A DNA stretch of 64,000 nucleotides from an uncultured Planctomycetota bacterium (GTDB lineage: Bacteria > Planctomycetota > Planctomycetia > Isosphaerales > Isosphaeraceae): the NCBI GenBank assembly GCA_963823665.1, contig CAWGMQ010000011.1:448001-512000 (forward strand), written 5' to 3'. Below, in pieces: positions 23,919-38,770 of the stretch. Under the pieces are notes generated by a model. It made no database searches. It was not told the origin of the DNA and saw only the letters and a program-made list of their open reading frames with translations. How positions within the stretch are numbered: the stretch's first letter is position 1; each line of letters opens with the position of its first letter. The position numbers and the translations under genes are program-made.

Positions 23919-25319
23919 TCAGGAAAGCGAGTTGTCGAACAAGGGGGTGATGACCTGGCCGCGATTGAGCTGGAGGGGGCGGCCGAGCTGGTCGCGAACC
24001 TGGCTCGCGGGGTCGGCACCGAGGGCGTGATAGATCGTCGCGCCGAGGTCGGCTGGGTAGTATCCCCGGTGGCGGGATATGCGGCGATCTTGTCGGACTT
24101 GCCGATCACGCAGCCGCCGCGCACGCCGGCTCCCGCGAACACAGCCGAGAAGACGCCGGCCCAGTGATCGCGGCCGGTGCGCTGAGATGCGTCATTGGTG
24201 CTGCTCTGGCCGATCCTGGGAGTGCGGCCGAATTCGCCGACCATCACCACGAGGGTTTCCTCGAGCAGGCCGTGCGCTTCGAGGTCGTCGAGAAAAGCGG
24301 AGACGCCCTGATCGAGCGGCGGCAAGAGCCGTGTGCGGAGCTGCTGGCAGTTGTCGATGTGGGTATCCCAGTTATTCATGTGGCCCATGTTGGCCTGGAC
24401 GATCGGGACGCCGGCCTGGACGAGCCGGCGCGCCAGCAGGAGCGATTGGCCGAACATGTGCCGGCCGTAGCGATCGCGGAGGCGAGGATTTTCGCGGTCG
24501 AGGTCAAATGCCCGTTTGACTCCGCTCGAGGTCAACATCGTGAACGCTTTGTCGTGAATACCGCTGAAAGCCCGGCCGATTCCCAGGTTTTCGAAGAGCG
24601 TGGCCTGGCGGTCGATCTCCGCGAGCAGCGCCCTGCGGTTACCGACCTTTTCGGCGGTGAGGCCAGGCGGGAAGCGTCAGCTCCTCGACCCGAAACGCCG
24701 GGTCGCTCGGATCAGTCTTGATGTGCCAGGGATCAAATTTGGGGCCGAGCACGCCGGCGTTCTGGCCCGAGAAGCCGTATCCGTTGTTGAGATACGTCGG
24801 CAGATTGACACCGTTCGGGACGCCATCGGACCTGGGGCGGACGAAATCGAGGCCCGAGGCATAGCACGGCCAGTCGGCCCGGGAGGCCATGTGCGTGGAC
24901 CCGGTCGGCAACTCGTTGATGCCGGTGAGCATCATGTGGGTGGCATGTTCATGACTGGGAAGGCCGTGGGTCATCGAGCGAATGACGGCCATCTTATCGG
25001 CCCGCGCGGCGAGCCCGGGAAGGTGTTCGCAAAACGAGACTCCCGGCGCCGTCGTGGCGATCTGCTTGAACTCACCCCGAATCTCAAGGGGCGCTTCAGG
25101 CTTCAGGTCGAATGTATCGAGATGGCTCGGAGCGCCAGTCAAGAAGATCAGGACGACGGAGCCGGCCCGCTTCGGGCGTGCGACTTCTGACGTTCCGGAC
25201 GACCGGCCGGCCCAGAGCGAAGTTGCGCCGATTCCGAGCAAGCCCGAGTAACCGACTTGCAACAGCTCGCGGCGGGTGATCCCGATCCCATGCCGGTGGG
25301 TTGTTGCTGGTTGCTCCAT
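23919..25319 (-). CDS. DUF1501 protein with Tat-like N-terminus, multiple frameshifts
   Basis: TRRELLQVG, IFLTGAPSHLDTFDLKP, RYGRHMFGQSLLLARRLV, GEFGRTP, GRDHW. Confidence 0.8.
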
Positions 25320-25548
25320 CGTACGGTTCTCCTGTGGGGCTCCGATCGGCGGCGGGCAACGCCCCCCCTGCTCCGTTCGTGTACCAAATGTTACACCTTT
25401 GTTGGACATCGGGCAACTGTTGCAGGAGATCCACGTCCCAATCGCGTGACGTTTGAGAGGCCGGCGGCGAATGGTGGCGCGTCGACGTACCCGGAGCGGT
25501 AGAATCGGGGACGTACTGTCGAAAGTAGCGGGAGGGTCAATTCTTGCG

Positions 25549-27255
25549 ATGACCATGCGGTGGGAGACAGGACCGGTCTTTGCGTTCGAGAGCCTGGTCG
25601 CGACGCGGCGATGGCAGACATACGCGCTGCGCAGCGCGTACGTAGCATTGTTGCTGTTCGGCTTGACGATGACGTGGGGGCCGTCGGATCAGACGATTCG
25701 TACTCTGGCGGATTCAGCCAAGATCGTTGGCGTGTTTTTTCGCACGCTGATCGCCGTCCAACTGGCGGTGGTGCTTCTGGCCGCGCCCGCGGCGACGGCG
25801 AGCGCGGTGTGCGTGGACAAGTCGCGCGGGACTTTGCTCCATGCTCTTGTCACGGACCTGACGGATCGTGAGATCGTGCTGGGCAAGCTGGGAGCGCGGC
25901 TGATCCCGGTGCTCTCGCTCCTCGCCTGCGGCCTGCCGGTGCTGGCGATCGGGAGCTTCCTGGGCGGGCTCGATCTTGCGGCGGCGGTGGGGGCCGAGCT
26001 GGTCACGGTGGGCACGGCGGTCGTTTGCTGCAGCTTGGCGCTACTCGCCTCGGTCTGGGCCCGGAAGCCGCACCAGTCGCTGCTTCTGGCCTACGTGGTC
26101 GTCGGTCTGTGGCTGGCCGTTGCACCTCTGGCGTTTTTCCTCTTTTTGTCTGGACCCCCGGCCACGCCAGGCGCGGTGATTGTTCTCGTGTCGAACCCGA
26201 TTCTCGCCGCGTTTGCGCCCGATCTTTCCGCACCGACCTGGTCGCTTGGCTTGAAGGAACAGGTCGGTTTTCTTTTGGGTGCGCTCGTGATCGCGAGCGC
26301 GCTCACGCAAATCGCGATCCTTCGCTTGCGTCCGACGGTCCTGCGCCAGGTGAGCCGGCCGGCGAAGCGCGCACGACCCGATGCGCCTGCGCGGCTGCTC
26401 GACTATCTGCCCGGTCCATCGCTCGACCGGAATGCGATCCTCTGGCGCGAGTGGCATCGCAAACGGCCCTCGCGCTGGACCGGGCGTTTCTGGATGGCGT
26501 ATGCGATTGCTTCGGCCGTGGCGAGCATCTACGTTCTCGGCGGGTATTATGTGTGGCCGGACAATCTGGTCTACCGCAACATCCACACGGTTGCGGCACA
26601 GGTCAACGCCTGGCAGGTATCGATCGGCTTGCTGCTCCTCTCCGTATCGGCGGCCACGTCGCTCGCCGAGGAGCGGGACCGCGGCAGCCTCGAGGTGATC
26701 ATGACCACGCCGCTTTCGGCTCGAGAGATCGTCTGGGGAAAGTGGTGCGGCACCATTGCGACGGTGCCGCGGCTGGCGATCTTGCCCCTCTGGGTGGGCA
26801 TCGGTGCGGCGATGATCAGCCAAGGCTGGGATGGTCTTATTTTGATGTTTGGATTGATTCTGGCCTACGCCGCGGCGATCACAAGCTTCGGACTGGCGCT
26901 GGCGACGTGGATCAAGCGGCTGGGGCGCGTGGTTGTGATCAGCGTGGTGGCTTATGTCTTGATCGCGGTCGGGTGGCCCTTGATCGTGGCGGTTATCGGG
27001 ATGTCGAACGGGGTGCCGCGCACGGACGTGGACTGGCTCTTACTGGCCAGCCCGTTTTTCGGCATTTTCGAAACCACCGAGCGGGCGTCTTGGTTACCGG
27101 GGGGCTGGTGGTACGGCCGCGCGAGCTGGAACCCACTCTGGCCGCTCTTCTGGATCGGCGCGTACTCCGCAGCGGCCGCAATCCTGGCGTATGCAACATT
27201 GCTCACGTTTGATCGTTGCATGGGGCGGGCCGTAGAACGGGCGAATATGCCGTGA
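25549..27255 (+). CDS. ABC-2-type transporter permease, duplicated membrane domain (copy 1)
   Basis: Many TM helices; DKSRGTL...TDLTDREIVLGKL and EERDRGSLEVIMTTPLSAREIVWGK motifs. Confidence 0.85.
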   Translation: MTMRWETGPVFAFESLVATRRWQTYALRSAYVALLLFGLTMTWGPSDQTIRTLADSAKIVGVFFRTLIAVQLAVVLLAAPAATASAVCVDKSRGTLLHALVTDLTDREIVLGKLGARLIPVLSLLACGLPVLAIGSFLGGLDLAAAVGAELVTVGTAVVCCSLALLASVWARKPHQSLLLAYVVVGLWLAVAPLAFFLFLSGPPATPGAVIVLVSNPILAAFAPDLSAPTWSLGLKEQVGFLLGALVIASALTQIAILRLRPTVLRQVSRPAKRARPDAPARLLDYLPGPSLDRNAILWREWHRKRPSRWTGRFWMAYAIASAVASIYVLGGYYVWPDNLVYRNIHTVAAQVNAWQVSIGLLLLSVSAATSLAEERDRGSLEVIMTTPLSAREIVWGKWCGTIATVPRLAILPLWVGIGAAMISQGWDGLILMFGLILAYAAAITSFGLALATWIKRLGRVVVISVVAYVLIAVGWPLIVAVIGMSNGVPRTDVDWLLLASPFFGIFETTERASWLPGGWWYGRASWNPLWPLFWIGAYSAAAAILAYATLLTFDRCMGRAVERANMP

Positions 27256-27284
27256 CGGGGAAGCGAGCTTCGTGGCGAACCAGG

Positions 27285-27480
27285 AGGGCAAGCTGCTGGG
27301 GCGTCGCGGCAGGGACGAAGAGGGCGATGGCCACCCCGAATTCGACTGCGCCGAGATCCCTCCCGGTCAAAATAACATATGCCATAACATATGCCGCGGG
27401 CGCGATGATCGTGATGGCCGGCAACGTGCCCAGATCGATCAGCGAGATCGCCAGGGGCCGCCACGAGACTCGACACGCGT
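27285..27480 (-). pseudogene. Duplicated 3' fragment of the M28 peptidase gene
   Basis: LAISLIDLGTLPAITIIAPAAYVM...VEFGVAIALFVPAATPQQLA matches the peptidase at about 33092-33274. Confidence 0.85.
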
Positions 27481-27670
27481 CGCTCCCTTCGGCTGTTGTC
27501 TGCGCGTGTATTCGTCGAGAAGACCGGGTTCTTACACCAGAACGTTTCCACCGCGCGATGACTTTGTGACGATGGCCGCCGGAATGCACGCCCGCTTGGA
27601 TCGCCCTGCCGAACGGCCTGAATGACATATGTCGTAGACAACGGCTCTTCCCTGGAAGATAATCGGAGCG

Positions 27671-29380
27671 ATGAGGATGAGCTGGGGTCCAGGTCCGGTT
27701 TTTGCGTTCGAGAGTCTGGTCGCCGCGCGGCGATGGCAGGTTTACGCGCTGCGCGCCTTTTACGTTGGATTGCTGCTCGCGGGTCTGACCCTGACGTGGG
27801 GGCCGTCGGAACAGACGATTCGTACTCTGGCGGATTCGGCCAGAATCGCCGCCATGTTCTTTCGCACGCTGATCGGCGTGCAACTGGCCGTGGTGCTGCT
27901 CGCCGCGCCCGCGGCGACGGCGAGCGCGGTGTGCGTGGACAAGTCGCGGGGGACTTTACTCCATGCTTTTGTCACGGACCTGACGGATCGTGAGATCGTG
28001 CTGGGCAAGCTGGGAGCGCGCCTCGTCCCGGTGCTATCGCTGCTGGCCTGCGGGATGCCGGTGCTGGCGATCGGCAGCTTCCTCGGCGGCCTCGATATGG
28101 CGGCGGTGGTGGGGGCCGAGCTGGTCACGGTTGGGACGGCGGTTGTTTGTTGCAGCTTGGCGCTATTGGCCTCGGTGTGGGCACGGAAGCCGCACCAGTC
28201 GCTGCTTCTAGCCTATGCGATCGTCGGCCTGTGGCTGACCATTCCGCAGGTGGCACTTCGTCTCTACTTGGGCGGACCCGTGGCCGCCGTGCCCCCAGGC
28301 GTGGTGATTTTCCTCATGTCGAACCCAATCATCGCCGCGTTCGCGCCCGACCTTTCCTCACCGATCTTGACGCTCGGCCTGAAGGAGCAGGTCGCGTTCT
28401 TTCTGGGTGCACTCTTGATCGCAGCCGCGCTCACGCACATAGCGATCCGCCGGCTGCGTCCCGCGGTCCTGTCCCAGGTGAGCCGGCCGGTGAAGCGCGA
28501 ACGACCCGATCCCCCGGCGCGACTGCTGGACTACCTGCCGGGTCCATCGCTCGACCACAATGCGATCCTCTGGCGCGAGTGGCATCGCAAACGCCCGTCG
28601 CGCTGGACCGGGCGGTTCTGGATGGCCTACGCAATCGCTTCGGCCGTGGCCAGTATCTACGTTCTCGGCGCGTATTATCTCTGGCCGGAACCTCACCTCT
28701 ACCGGATCATCCATGTCGTCGCTGCGCAGGTCAACGCCTGGCAGGTATCCATCGGTCTGCTGCTCCTCTCCGTATCTGCGGCCACGGCGCTCGCCGAAGA
28801 GCGTGACCGCGGCAGCCTCGAGGTGATCATGACCACGCCGCTTTCGGCTCGAGAGATCGTCTGGGGCAAGTGGTGCGGCACCATTGCGACCGTGCCGCGA
28901 CTGGCGATCTTGCCTATCTGGGTCGGCATCGGTGCCGCAATGGTGAGCGGAGGCGGGGATGGTCTCATATTGATGATTGGATTGATTCTGGCGTACGCCG
29001 CGGCGATCACGAGCTTCGGTCTGGCGCTGGCGACGTGGATCAAGCGGCTGGGGCGCGTGGTCGTGATCAACGTGGTGGCGTATGTCCTGATCGCGGTCGG
29101 GTGGCCCTTGATCGTGTGGGTGATCGCGAGGGCGAACCGAGTGCCGCGCGAGAAACTCGACGGGCTTTTTCTCGCCAGCCCATTTTACGGCATTTACGAA
29201 ACCACCGAGCGGGCGTCTCTTGTGTCGGTCAGCTCGTACGGCAGCGCGAGCTGGAACCCACTCTGGCCGCTTTTCTGGATCGGCGTGTACTCTGCAGTGG
29301 CCGTTATCCTCGCGTATGCAACATTGCTCACGTTCGATCGCTGCATGGGCCGGGCCGTGGATCGGGCGGAGCCGGCGTGA
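27671..29380 (+). CDS. ABC-2-type transporter permease (copy 2, close tandem paralog)
   Basis: Colinear with 25549-27255, with long identical stretches. Confidence 0.85.
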   Translation: MRMSWGPGPVFAFESLVAARRWQVYALRAFYVGLLLAGLTLTWGPSEQTIRTLADSARIAAMFFRTLIGVQLAVVLLAAPAATASAVCVDKSRGTLLHAFVTDLTDREIVLGKLGARLVPVLSLLACGMPVLAIGSFLGGLDMAAVVGAELVTVGTAVVCCSLALLASVWARKPHQSLLLAYAIVGLWLTIPQVALRLYLGGPVAAVPPGVVIFLMSNPIIAAFAPDLSSPILTLGLKEQVAFFLGALLIAAALTHIAIRRLRPAVLSQVSRPVKRERPDPPARLLDYLPGPSLDHNAILWREWHRKRPSRWTGRFWMAYAIASAVASIYVLGAYYLWPEPHLYRIIHVVAAQVNAWQVSIGLLLLSVSAATALAEERDRGSLEVIMTTPLSAREIVWGKWCGTIATVPRLAILPIWVGIGAAMVSGGGDGLILMIGLILAYAAAITSFGLALATWIKRLGRVVVINVVAYVLIAVGWPLIVWVIARANRVPREKLDGLFLASPFYGIYETTERASLVSVSSYGSASWNPLWPLFWIGVYSAVAVILAYATLLTFDRCMGRAVDRAEPA

Positions 29381-29559
29381 CGGGGCAGTGAGTCTTGCGA
29401 AATGGATCTCAACAGTCAACTCGGGAAGGCTCGCGTCTAGAGCTCCCAGCGGCGCCGCGCTGAATCGTAACACCAAAAGTGCTTTACGCGGCTGACTTAT
29501 GGTAAACTACGCAGGTTTGCCGCCGCCCTCGACCCGCGAGTGCTCAAAGGACGGGACCG

Positions 29560-32951
<3,392 letters not shown>

Positions 32952-32997
32952 GACACGAATCCGGGAATCCAGCCGAGAAGAAAGGCCGAATGAGCGC

Positions 32998-34723
32998 TCA
33001 CATGAACATTTTCTCATACTCTTCTGGAGCGTGGCCGCGCGTAGGGGACAGCGTTTTTTCGGGGCCCTGGCTTTCTCTCGGGCGGAACAGGCGGGCAAGC
33101 TGCTGGAGCGTCGCCGCAGGGACGAACAGGGCGATGGCCACAGCGAATTCGACGGTGCCCAGGTCCATCCCGGTCAACATGACGTAAGCCGCGGGCGCGA
33201 TGATCGTGATGCCCGGCAACGTACCCAGATCGATCAGCAAGATCGCCAGGGGTCGCCACGGGACTCGCCACGCGAGTGCGGTTGTGGCCAGGCGGCAGAC
33301 GAGCGGCCAGACGCTGAAGAAGCTTCCCTCCGGCAAGACCCACGCCGATGCCACCGTCACAATCGCGGCCCATCCCAGCCAGCCGAGGTCAAGCGCGGTC
33401 AAGGCAACGCGCTTCAGGAGGAACGCGTAGAATGAGATGAAAACGACCACGGCCACGGCGAGCAGGCAAGCAGCGATCAGTGGGTCCCTCGATTCCCACT
33501 CGGTGACTGTGCGAGCCTGTTTGAGTAGCCACCAGACGCCCCCGGCCGCAAGCGTGCCGAGGCCCATTGCCAGCGGCAACGCGACGAAACCCACGGCGAG
33601 CCCGCCGGTTCTGACTCGACCGGATCGCCAGCAGAAAAACAGGGCGGCAAGATAGAAAATGGCTGCGCCGACTGCCAGGGGCCGCACCCACCCCGCAGGG
33701 TAAGAAATGAACCATCGTCCGACCGGGTTGAAGTAAATGACGTCGGGCTCGCGGGGGTCATCCTGGTCAAGATTTCCGAAGTGCCGCGCGAGCGTCAAGG
33801 CGTGCGATCCCTGGTGCTGCAAACTCCGGCCGTCCAGGTTGCTCAGGTTATCCAGTGGCGTGTGGTAGCATCCTTTTCCCTCGAAGAACAGGAAGTTGAG
33901 CGCCGGCACGCCGGCGTTCAGAAAATTGTTCATGTCGGTATGGCTGCCCGTCATCCGGTAGACGACCGGCGTGAGCGAGTCACCGATCGCAATGGGATCG
34001 GCCCGGGCAAACTCGCGGATTAGCCAGCCGTTCCGGCCGGAGGTTCTCGAACAGGCAGCAAGGACCGTGATTGCCGGCTGCATCGAAGTTGAGAACCAGC
34101 CCGACATCCGGCATCCAGGGATGTCCTTCCCCCCACCCACCCCGCGACTCACCGACGAAGAATCTCGAGCCCATCAGTCCGATCTCCTCGCCGTCGGTGA
34201 ACAGCGCGATGATATCGCGCTTGGGCAGCGGACCCGCCTTCAGGGCCCGTAGCGTTTCCAGGAGCGTTGCCGTGCCCGACCCGTCGTCACAAGCGCCGGG
34301 GGCTCTGGGCACCGAATCGTAATGAGCCATCAGCAGCACCGCCTTCTGCCCCGGCGGGCCCGCGCCTTTGATCCGCGCTACAACGTTCGAAATCTTGACG
34401 TCACGGCCATTTGGGTGTTGGTACCGAGCCGTCTGCGTGGTCCGGTCGACGCCTAGCGAGTCAATCGTGCGTTCGAGATAAGCACGCACCAGGGCGATCT
34501 CAGGCGAGCCAGCCGGGCGCGGCTTGGCCGCGATCGCCTGGATGTGCTGAAACGCCCTTCGCGAAGAGAATTCCGCCGCGGGAGCGTCTGCTGGACGCTC
34601 AGCGGGGGGTTGTTGCGAGGCGATGGCCGCGAAGATCGACGCGGCGAGGAAGACGAGAGTCCAGCAGACGAGGACCGAACGAAGCCTGGGTCGTGTGGTG
34701 ATATCGGAAGACGCGTCATTCAT
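32998..34723 (-). CDS. Membrane-bound M28 family metallopeptidase, frameshift near 34050
   Basis: LLMAHYDSV, PGACDDGSG, TDGEEIGL, YHTPLD; multi-TM C-terminus. Confidence 0.85.
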
Positions 34724-34928
34724 GCCGGTGTGATTGCGACTCGGTTGTAGCGGATGCCGGTTCCCTGATGGTTAAGCCAATATAACAGTCTGACGCCTAC
34801 GACGGCGCCTTCCGTTCGTCGCAAATTAACATTGACCGGTCGTTCGATCGCTGCCAGAATGCCGGCCGCGCGGGCTGGAGCGTTCTGGCTGTGCGCGTTC
34901 CGGCTCGGGAGTTAGTGAGGAGTCGCTG

Positions 34929-36095
34929 ATGCACCGGCGAGCGCTCTTGTCGTCGAGTCTGCTCGTGCTGGCACTTGCTGGAACGTGCTTCGCCGACCCG
35001 GTTTATTCGGTAACTCCTGTCAATTTCGACACCACCGGCGTCTTGCTGAACAATGCGGGGCAATACGTCGTTCCCGCTTATGGTGGAGCGTATCTGGTCA
35101 ACGGCTATGGGCCGAATGCAGGACAGGCCGTACCGATCACGATTCCCGGGGCGACGGCGATCAACCCGACTGGACTGAACGATTCCGGTCAGGTCGTCGG
35201 CGCCTACGCCGGGAGCTCAGGGCCGCCGGTGCCATTCCTCTATAGCGGTGGGCAGACCACCAACCTGAGTACGACTGCCGGTTTCCAGGCCGGTGCGTTC
35301 GCACAGAGCCCGTACTTTGGAAACTTGAGCGGCGTGGCGATCAACAACGCCGGCGCGGTCGCGGGCCAGATCCCGAATCTATACAATCCCAACGGCAATA
35401 ATCTTGGTCTTTACAGCCAAGGCTCGGTGACCAATCTGGGCTTGCCGTCGACTGCCGATTCCCTCTCCCCGGCGGCCTACCATGGCGTTTACGTCGTGGG
35501 CATCAACAGTTCCGGACAGATTGCGGTCATCGACAACGAAGGCACGGCGCCGTCGATTTTCAAGAACGGTAGCTTCGTGACACTGCCCATTCCGAGCAAT
35601 GCTCTGGGCGTTTCTCCAACCGGCATCAACGACAGCGGGCAGCTTTCGGGAACTGTGCTCGCGTTTAGCGGGCAGCGAACTGCCGCCCTTTTCACAAACG
35701 GGGCCTGGCAGAACCTGGGATCCCTGGGTGGCACGGTAAGCTCGGCCCTCGGAATCAACAACAGCGGCGCGGTGGTCGGGTGGTCGGCGACAAGCGACGG
35801 ATCATCACACGCTTTTCTCTATCAGAATGGCCAGATGACCGACCTGAACAGCCTTTTGCCGTCCTCACTCAGCGGTGTCACGCTCTTCGGCGCATCGAGC
35901 ATCAACAACGAGGGCCAGATTGTCGCATTCGGCGGCACTTCCCAGTACGGACCGATGCAAGATTACCTGCTGACGCCGCCTGGAGAGGCTCCCCTCGCGA
36001 TGGTCACGAATCTGCCCGAGCCAAGCACGCTGGCCTTCTTCGGGTTGCTCGTGGGTGGCCTGTGCATCCGCCGGGTGCTCAAGCGAATGCGTTGA
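34929..36095 (+). CDS. PEP-CTERM protein with HAF-type extracellular repeats
   Basis: Signal peptide; GINDSGQ repeats; SHAFLYQNGQMTDL; C-terminal LPEPSTL + TM + RR. Confidence 0.9.
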   Translation: MHRRALLSSSLLVLALAGTCFADPVYSVTPVNFDTTGVLLNNAGQYVVPAYGGAYLVNGYGPNAGQAVPITIPGATAINPTGLNDSGQVVGAYAGSSGPPVPFLYSGGQTTNLSTTAGFQAGAFAQSPYFGNLSGVAINNAGAVAGQIPNLYNPNGNNLGLYSQGSVTNLGLPSTADSLSPAAYHGVYVVGINSSGQIAVIDNEGTAPSIFKNGSFVTLPIPSNALGVSPTGINDSGQLSGTVLAFSGQRTAALFTNGAWQNLGSLGGTVSSALGINNSGAVVGWSATSDGSSHAFLYQNGQMTDLNSLLPSSLSGVTLFGASSINNEGQIVAFGGTSQYGPMQDYLLTPPGEAPLAMVTNLPEPSTLAFFGLLVGGLCIRRVLKRMR

Positions 36096-36118
36096 CACTG
36101 CCCCGGACAGCGGAATGC

Positions 36119-36373
36119 TCACACTTCCGCGACCATAGCGTCCTTGCAGTGCTGCCGTGAGCTTCCGGAGCCGGCTTCCATGACGATGCGGATCTCTTCC
36201 GCCGTCATCCCGCGGTCGAGCATGCTTTGCTTGAGCGCGGACGTAAGTTCGAGGCTGCGGATCCCGAGTCTGATGCCCATGACGATGGCGACCATGCCGC
36301 AGGCGAACACGCCGAGTACGGCCGTAAGCCCGATCAGGTGCCCCGGCTCCAATCTGGACAAAAACTCATGCAT
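36119..36373 (-). CDS. Small single-TM hypothetical protein
   Basis: Hydrophobic helix then LKQSMLDRGMTAEEIRIVM; fits between flanking genes. Confidence 0.65.
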   Translation of the reverse strand: MHEFLSRLEPGHLIGLTAVLGVFACGMVAIVMGIRLGIRSLELTSALKQSMLDRGMTAEEIRIVMEAGSGSSRQHCKDAMVAEV

Positions 36374-36509
36374 GACGCGTTGCTCCGTTGCGTAAAGGCA
36401 CGGCGCGGGGACCGCTCAGATCGAAAGAGCACTTGTAGGGTAATTCGGCGCAAGATGTTAATTATTGCGTCGGGGCCGGATTTGACTCAGGATCGAGGGG
36501 TGTCACCCC

Positions 36510-38003
36510 TCACCGCCGGAGCGTCTTCCTCGCCCTCGCGGCTCTGGGGGGCCGTGTGGCGACGTTCGCCACGTCGTGGACCAAGTGATCTCCGAACGCA
36601 AGGAGCCCCAGCAACTGCCCCGCTTCGCGCACGCCCGAAAAGAACGCTCCCATCACCAGACCGGGAAAATCCTCGATGGTCGAATCCCCCGCAAAGCGCA
36701 ACGGTCCGACCGGCTGTCCCATCAGGCCGTAATCGGCCCCACTGGCGCCCGGAGGGATGTGCGGTAGCGTGCCGCACGCGAAGGGGTCGACCGCCCACCG
36801 CGAGCGCTGCACACCGATCGGGTCGGGAATCCTCGACCCGTACTGCTTGCGCAGCACGGCCATCGCCGCGTCTGTTACCTGGGTGTCGGTCATCCCCTCC
36901 AGTTGATGGGCATACGCGGAGCGGTTGAAGACCATCAGCATGGGAATTCCCCCCGTGTACTTGTAAAAGTTCAACCACGTGCTCCAGTGCGCCTCACTGG
37001 TCTCGGCGATGCGGCCGAGAGTGTCCGGCTGTGGGTCCCAGAACAAGCGGGGGAACCGAAGGTAGAGCTTATCGGACAAGCCCGAATGCAGCCGCCCGAT
37101 CGCCCCGAGTTTCCAGCGCGGCAGGGGCGGCGAGAACGCGACCGCCCCGCTATGCAGCACGCCGTGCGGCAAGGTCACGATGGCATAAGGCGCCTGGTAG
37201 ACGCCCTGACTGGTCCAGACGGTGACGCCGTCCGACCCGTACGCGATCTCGCTGACCACATGGTTCAGCCGGATGTCGAGGCCAGCTGCCAGATGCTGGA
37301 CGAGCTGAGCGTAGCCCTTCGGAAAGACGTCGGTATAGAGCTGCACGAAGACATAGTCGTCGTCCCAGTTGTTGAGCGACAGGTCGCTCAGGGGAGACGC
37401 GTTGGGCTCCTCGATGGTGTAATTCACGAAGAAATTCACTCCCTGCAACGTCTGCGGCGAAAGCTTCTCGTACTTAAATACGGTCTCGAACGCGTCCGAC
37501 GCCGGGATGTCGGGCAGACGCCGGGCGACGCGCTCCTCGGAGATCGCCTTCACTCCTGCATAAGTGGCAGAATAGATCGAAAAGAGTTCATCGACTTCGG
37601 ATTGTGGCAAGACCCGTCCCGTAGGCTCGCTGAGCGTGAGATTCAAGAGGTCCGATGGGACCGTGGCGATCCCCGCCTGGCTGGCAATCCTGGCCAGAGG
37701 ATTGATCGTCTTGTGAGTCAGCCAGGACGCTCCGAGGTCAACGGGCGCGTCGGCCCATTGGTTGCTCGTCCAGATTCGGCCTCCAATCCGGTCGGGGCGT
37801 CCTTCGAGCAGGATCGGACGAATTCCGTTCGCCTGCAGCGCCCAAGCCGCCGCCACTCCCGACATCCCCGCACCGATGATCAGTACGTCGGCTTGGTTCG
37901 CCGCGGCGTGGCTTTGCCCGGTGGCGAGCATCGGTACAAGCCCGGCGGCCCCGGTGAGCGCCTGACGCAGGAATTGCCGGCGATGATGAACGCGATGGAG
38001 CAT
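36510..38003 (-). CDS. Tat-exported flavin-dependent amine oxidase
   Basis: RRQFL Tat motif; VLIIGAGMSG FAD motif; RIGGRI, DLGASW, LRFAGD. Confidence 0.9.
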   Translation of the reverse strand: MLHRVHHRRQFLRQALTGAAGLVPMLATGQSHAAANQADVLIIGAGMSGVAAAWALQANGIRPILLEGRPDRIGGRIWTSNQWADAPVDLGASWLTHKTINPLARIASQAGIATVPSDLLNLTLSEPTGRVLPQSEVDELFSIYSATYAGVKAISEERVARRLPDIPASDAFETVFKYEKLSPQTLQGVNFFVNYTIEEPNASPLSDLSLNNWDDDYVFVQLYTDVFPKGYAQLVQHLAAGLDIRLNHVVSEIAYGSDGVTVWTSQGVYQAPYAIVTLPHGVLHSGAVAFSPPLPRWKLGAIGRLHSGLSDKLYLRFPRLFWDPQPDTLGRIAETSEAHWSTWLNFYKYTGGIPMLMVFNRSAYAHQLEGMTDTQVTDAAMAVLRKQYGSRIPDPIGVQRSRWAVDPFACGTLPHIPPGASGADYGLMGQPVGPLRFAGDSTIEDFPGLVMGAFFSGVREAGQLLGLLAFGDHLVHDVANVATRPPRAARARKTLRR

Positions 38004-38201
38004 GACACCACCCTCGCTCCGCGGGGCGAACGTGTGACTCCGGACGACCGTTTGCTGTGAACATAGAACACGAATTGGTGTACGCCGATGTGGCGCTCAG
38101 ACGTCCGCGACCATCGGGTCCTACTTCGCACCGCGTATAAATTGTAAAATAAACCCATGGCGATCAGACCGAATTCTGGTCGTTTCCTCGAGAACTCTTC
38201 C

Positions 38202-38720
38202 ATGTCACATTCCGTCGACCATCTGTTCCCGGAAATCGCCGGCAGTGGGTGCGACGCCGATCGTTTGAAGCCGCGCAGGAAGAACGGACTAACGAACTCG
38301 CGCACGCGACGCACAGTGTTGGCGGTGGGCGGTGTCCTGCTCTGCATCTTTTTCGTGCTACTGTACATTCCACTGGTGCGGATCACGCCCGGGAACTTCG
38401 CTCGGATCCAACGTGGAATGACGCAGAAGCAGGTTGAGGCGATCCTCGGGGGTCCTCCTGGCCATTACGACGGGGTCGGTGTGTTGGAGTTCCCTGCAGG
38501 CCATCCGCCCGATAAGGAACGGGGCCTCGAATGGTCCGCGATTGACGGCGATGTTTATGTCGTCTTCGACGGCAACGGATGCGTTTTCAATGCGACATTC
38601 TATCCCAGTACAGCAATAAGCCAGGACTTATGGTCCTTCGTCGTTGAGCGGATCACGCGATGTAGGCTCAGCAGTTGGCACAGGTGGTGGTGCGCCAAGT
38701 TGTGGCCGGGCACGGCGTAG
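38202..38720 (+). CDS. Membrane-anchored hypothetical protein with a BamE/SmpA-like motif
   Basis: TM helix followed by ITPGNFARIQRGMTQKQVEAILGGP; start codon uncertain. Confidence 0.55.
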   Translation: MSHSVDHLFPEIAGSGCDADRLKPRRKNGLTNSRTRRTVLAVGGVLLCIFFVLLYIPLVRITPGNFARIQRGMTQKQVEAILGGPPGHYDGVGVLEFPAGHPPDKERGLEWSAIDGDVYVVFDGNGCVFNATFYPSTAISQDLWSFVVERITRCRLSSWHRWWCAKLWPGTA

Positions 38721-38770
38721 TTCAAGACGATGGGATCGTCATTCGCCCCGCTCGCCCCCGACGCAGCGCA

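Noticed and set aside
38157..38720. Immunity gene for the RHS protein
   Set aside because: Opposite strand and convergent; no toxin domain is evident in the RHS protein
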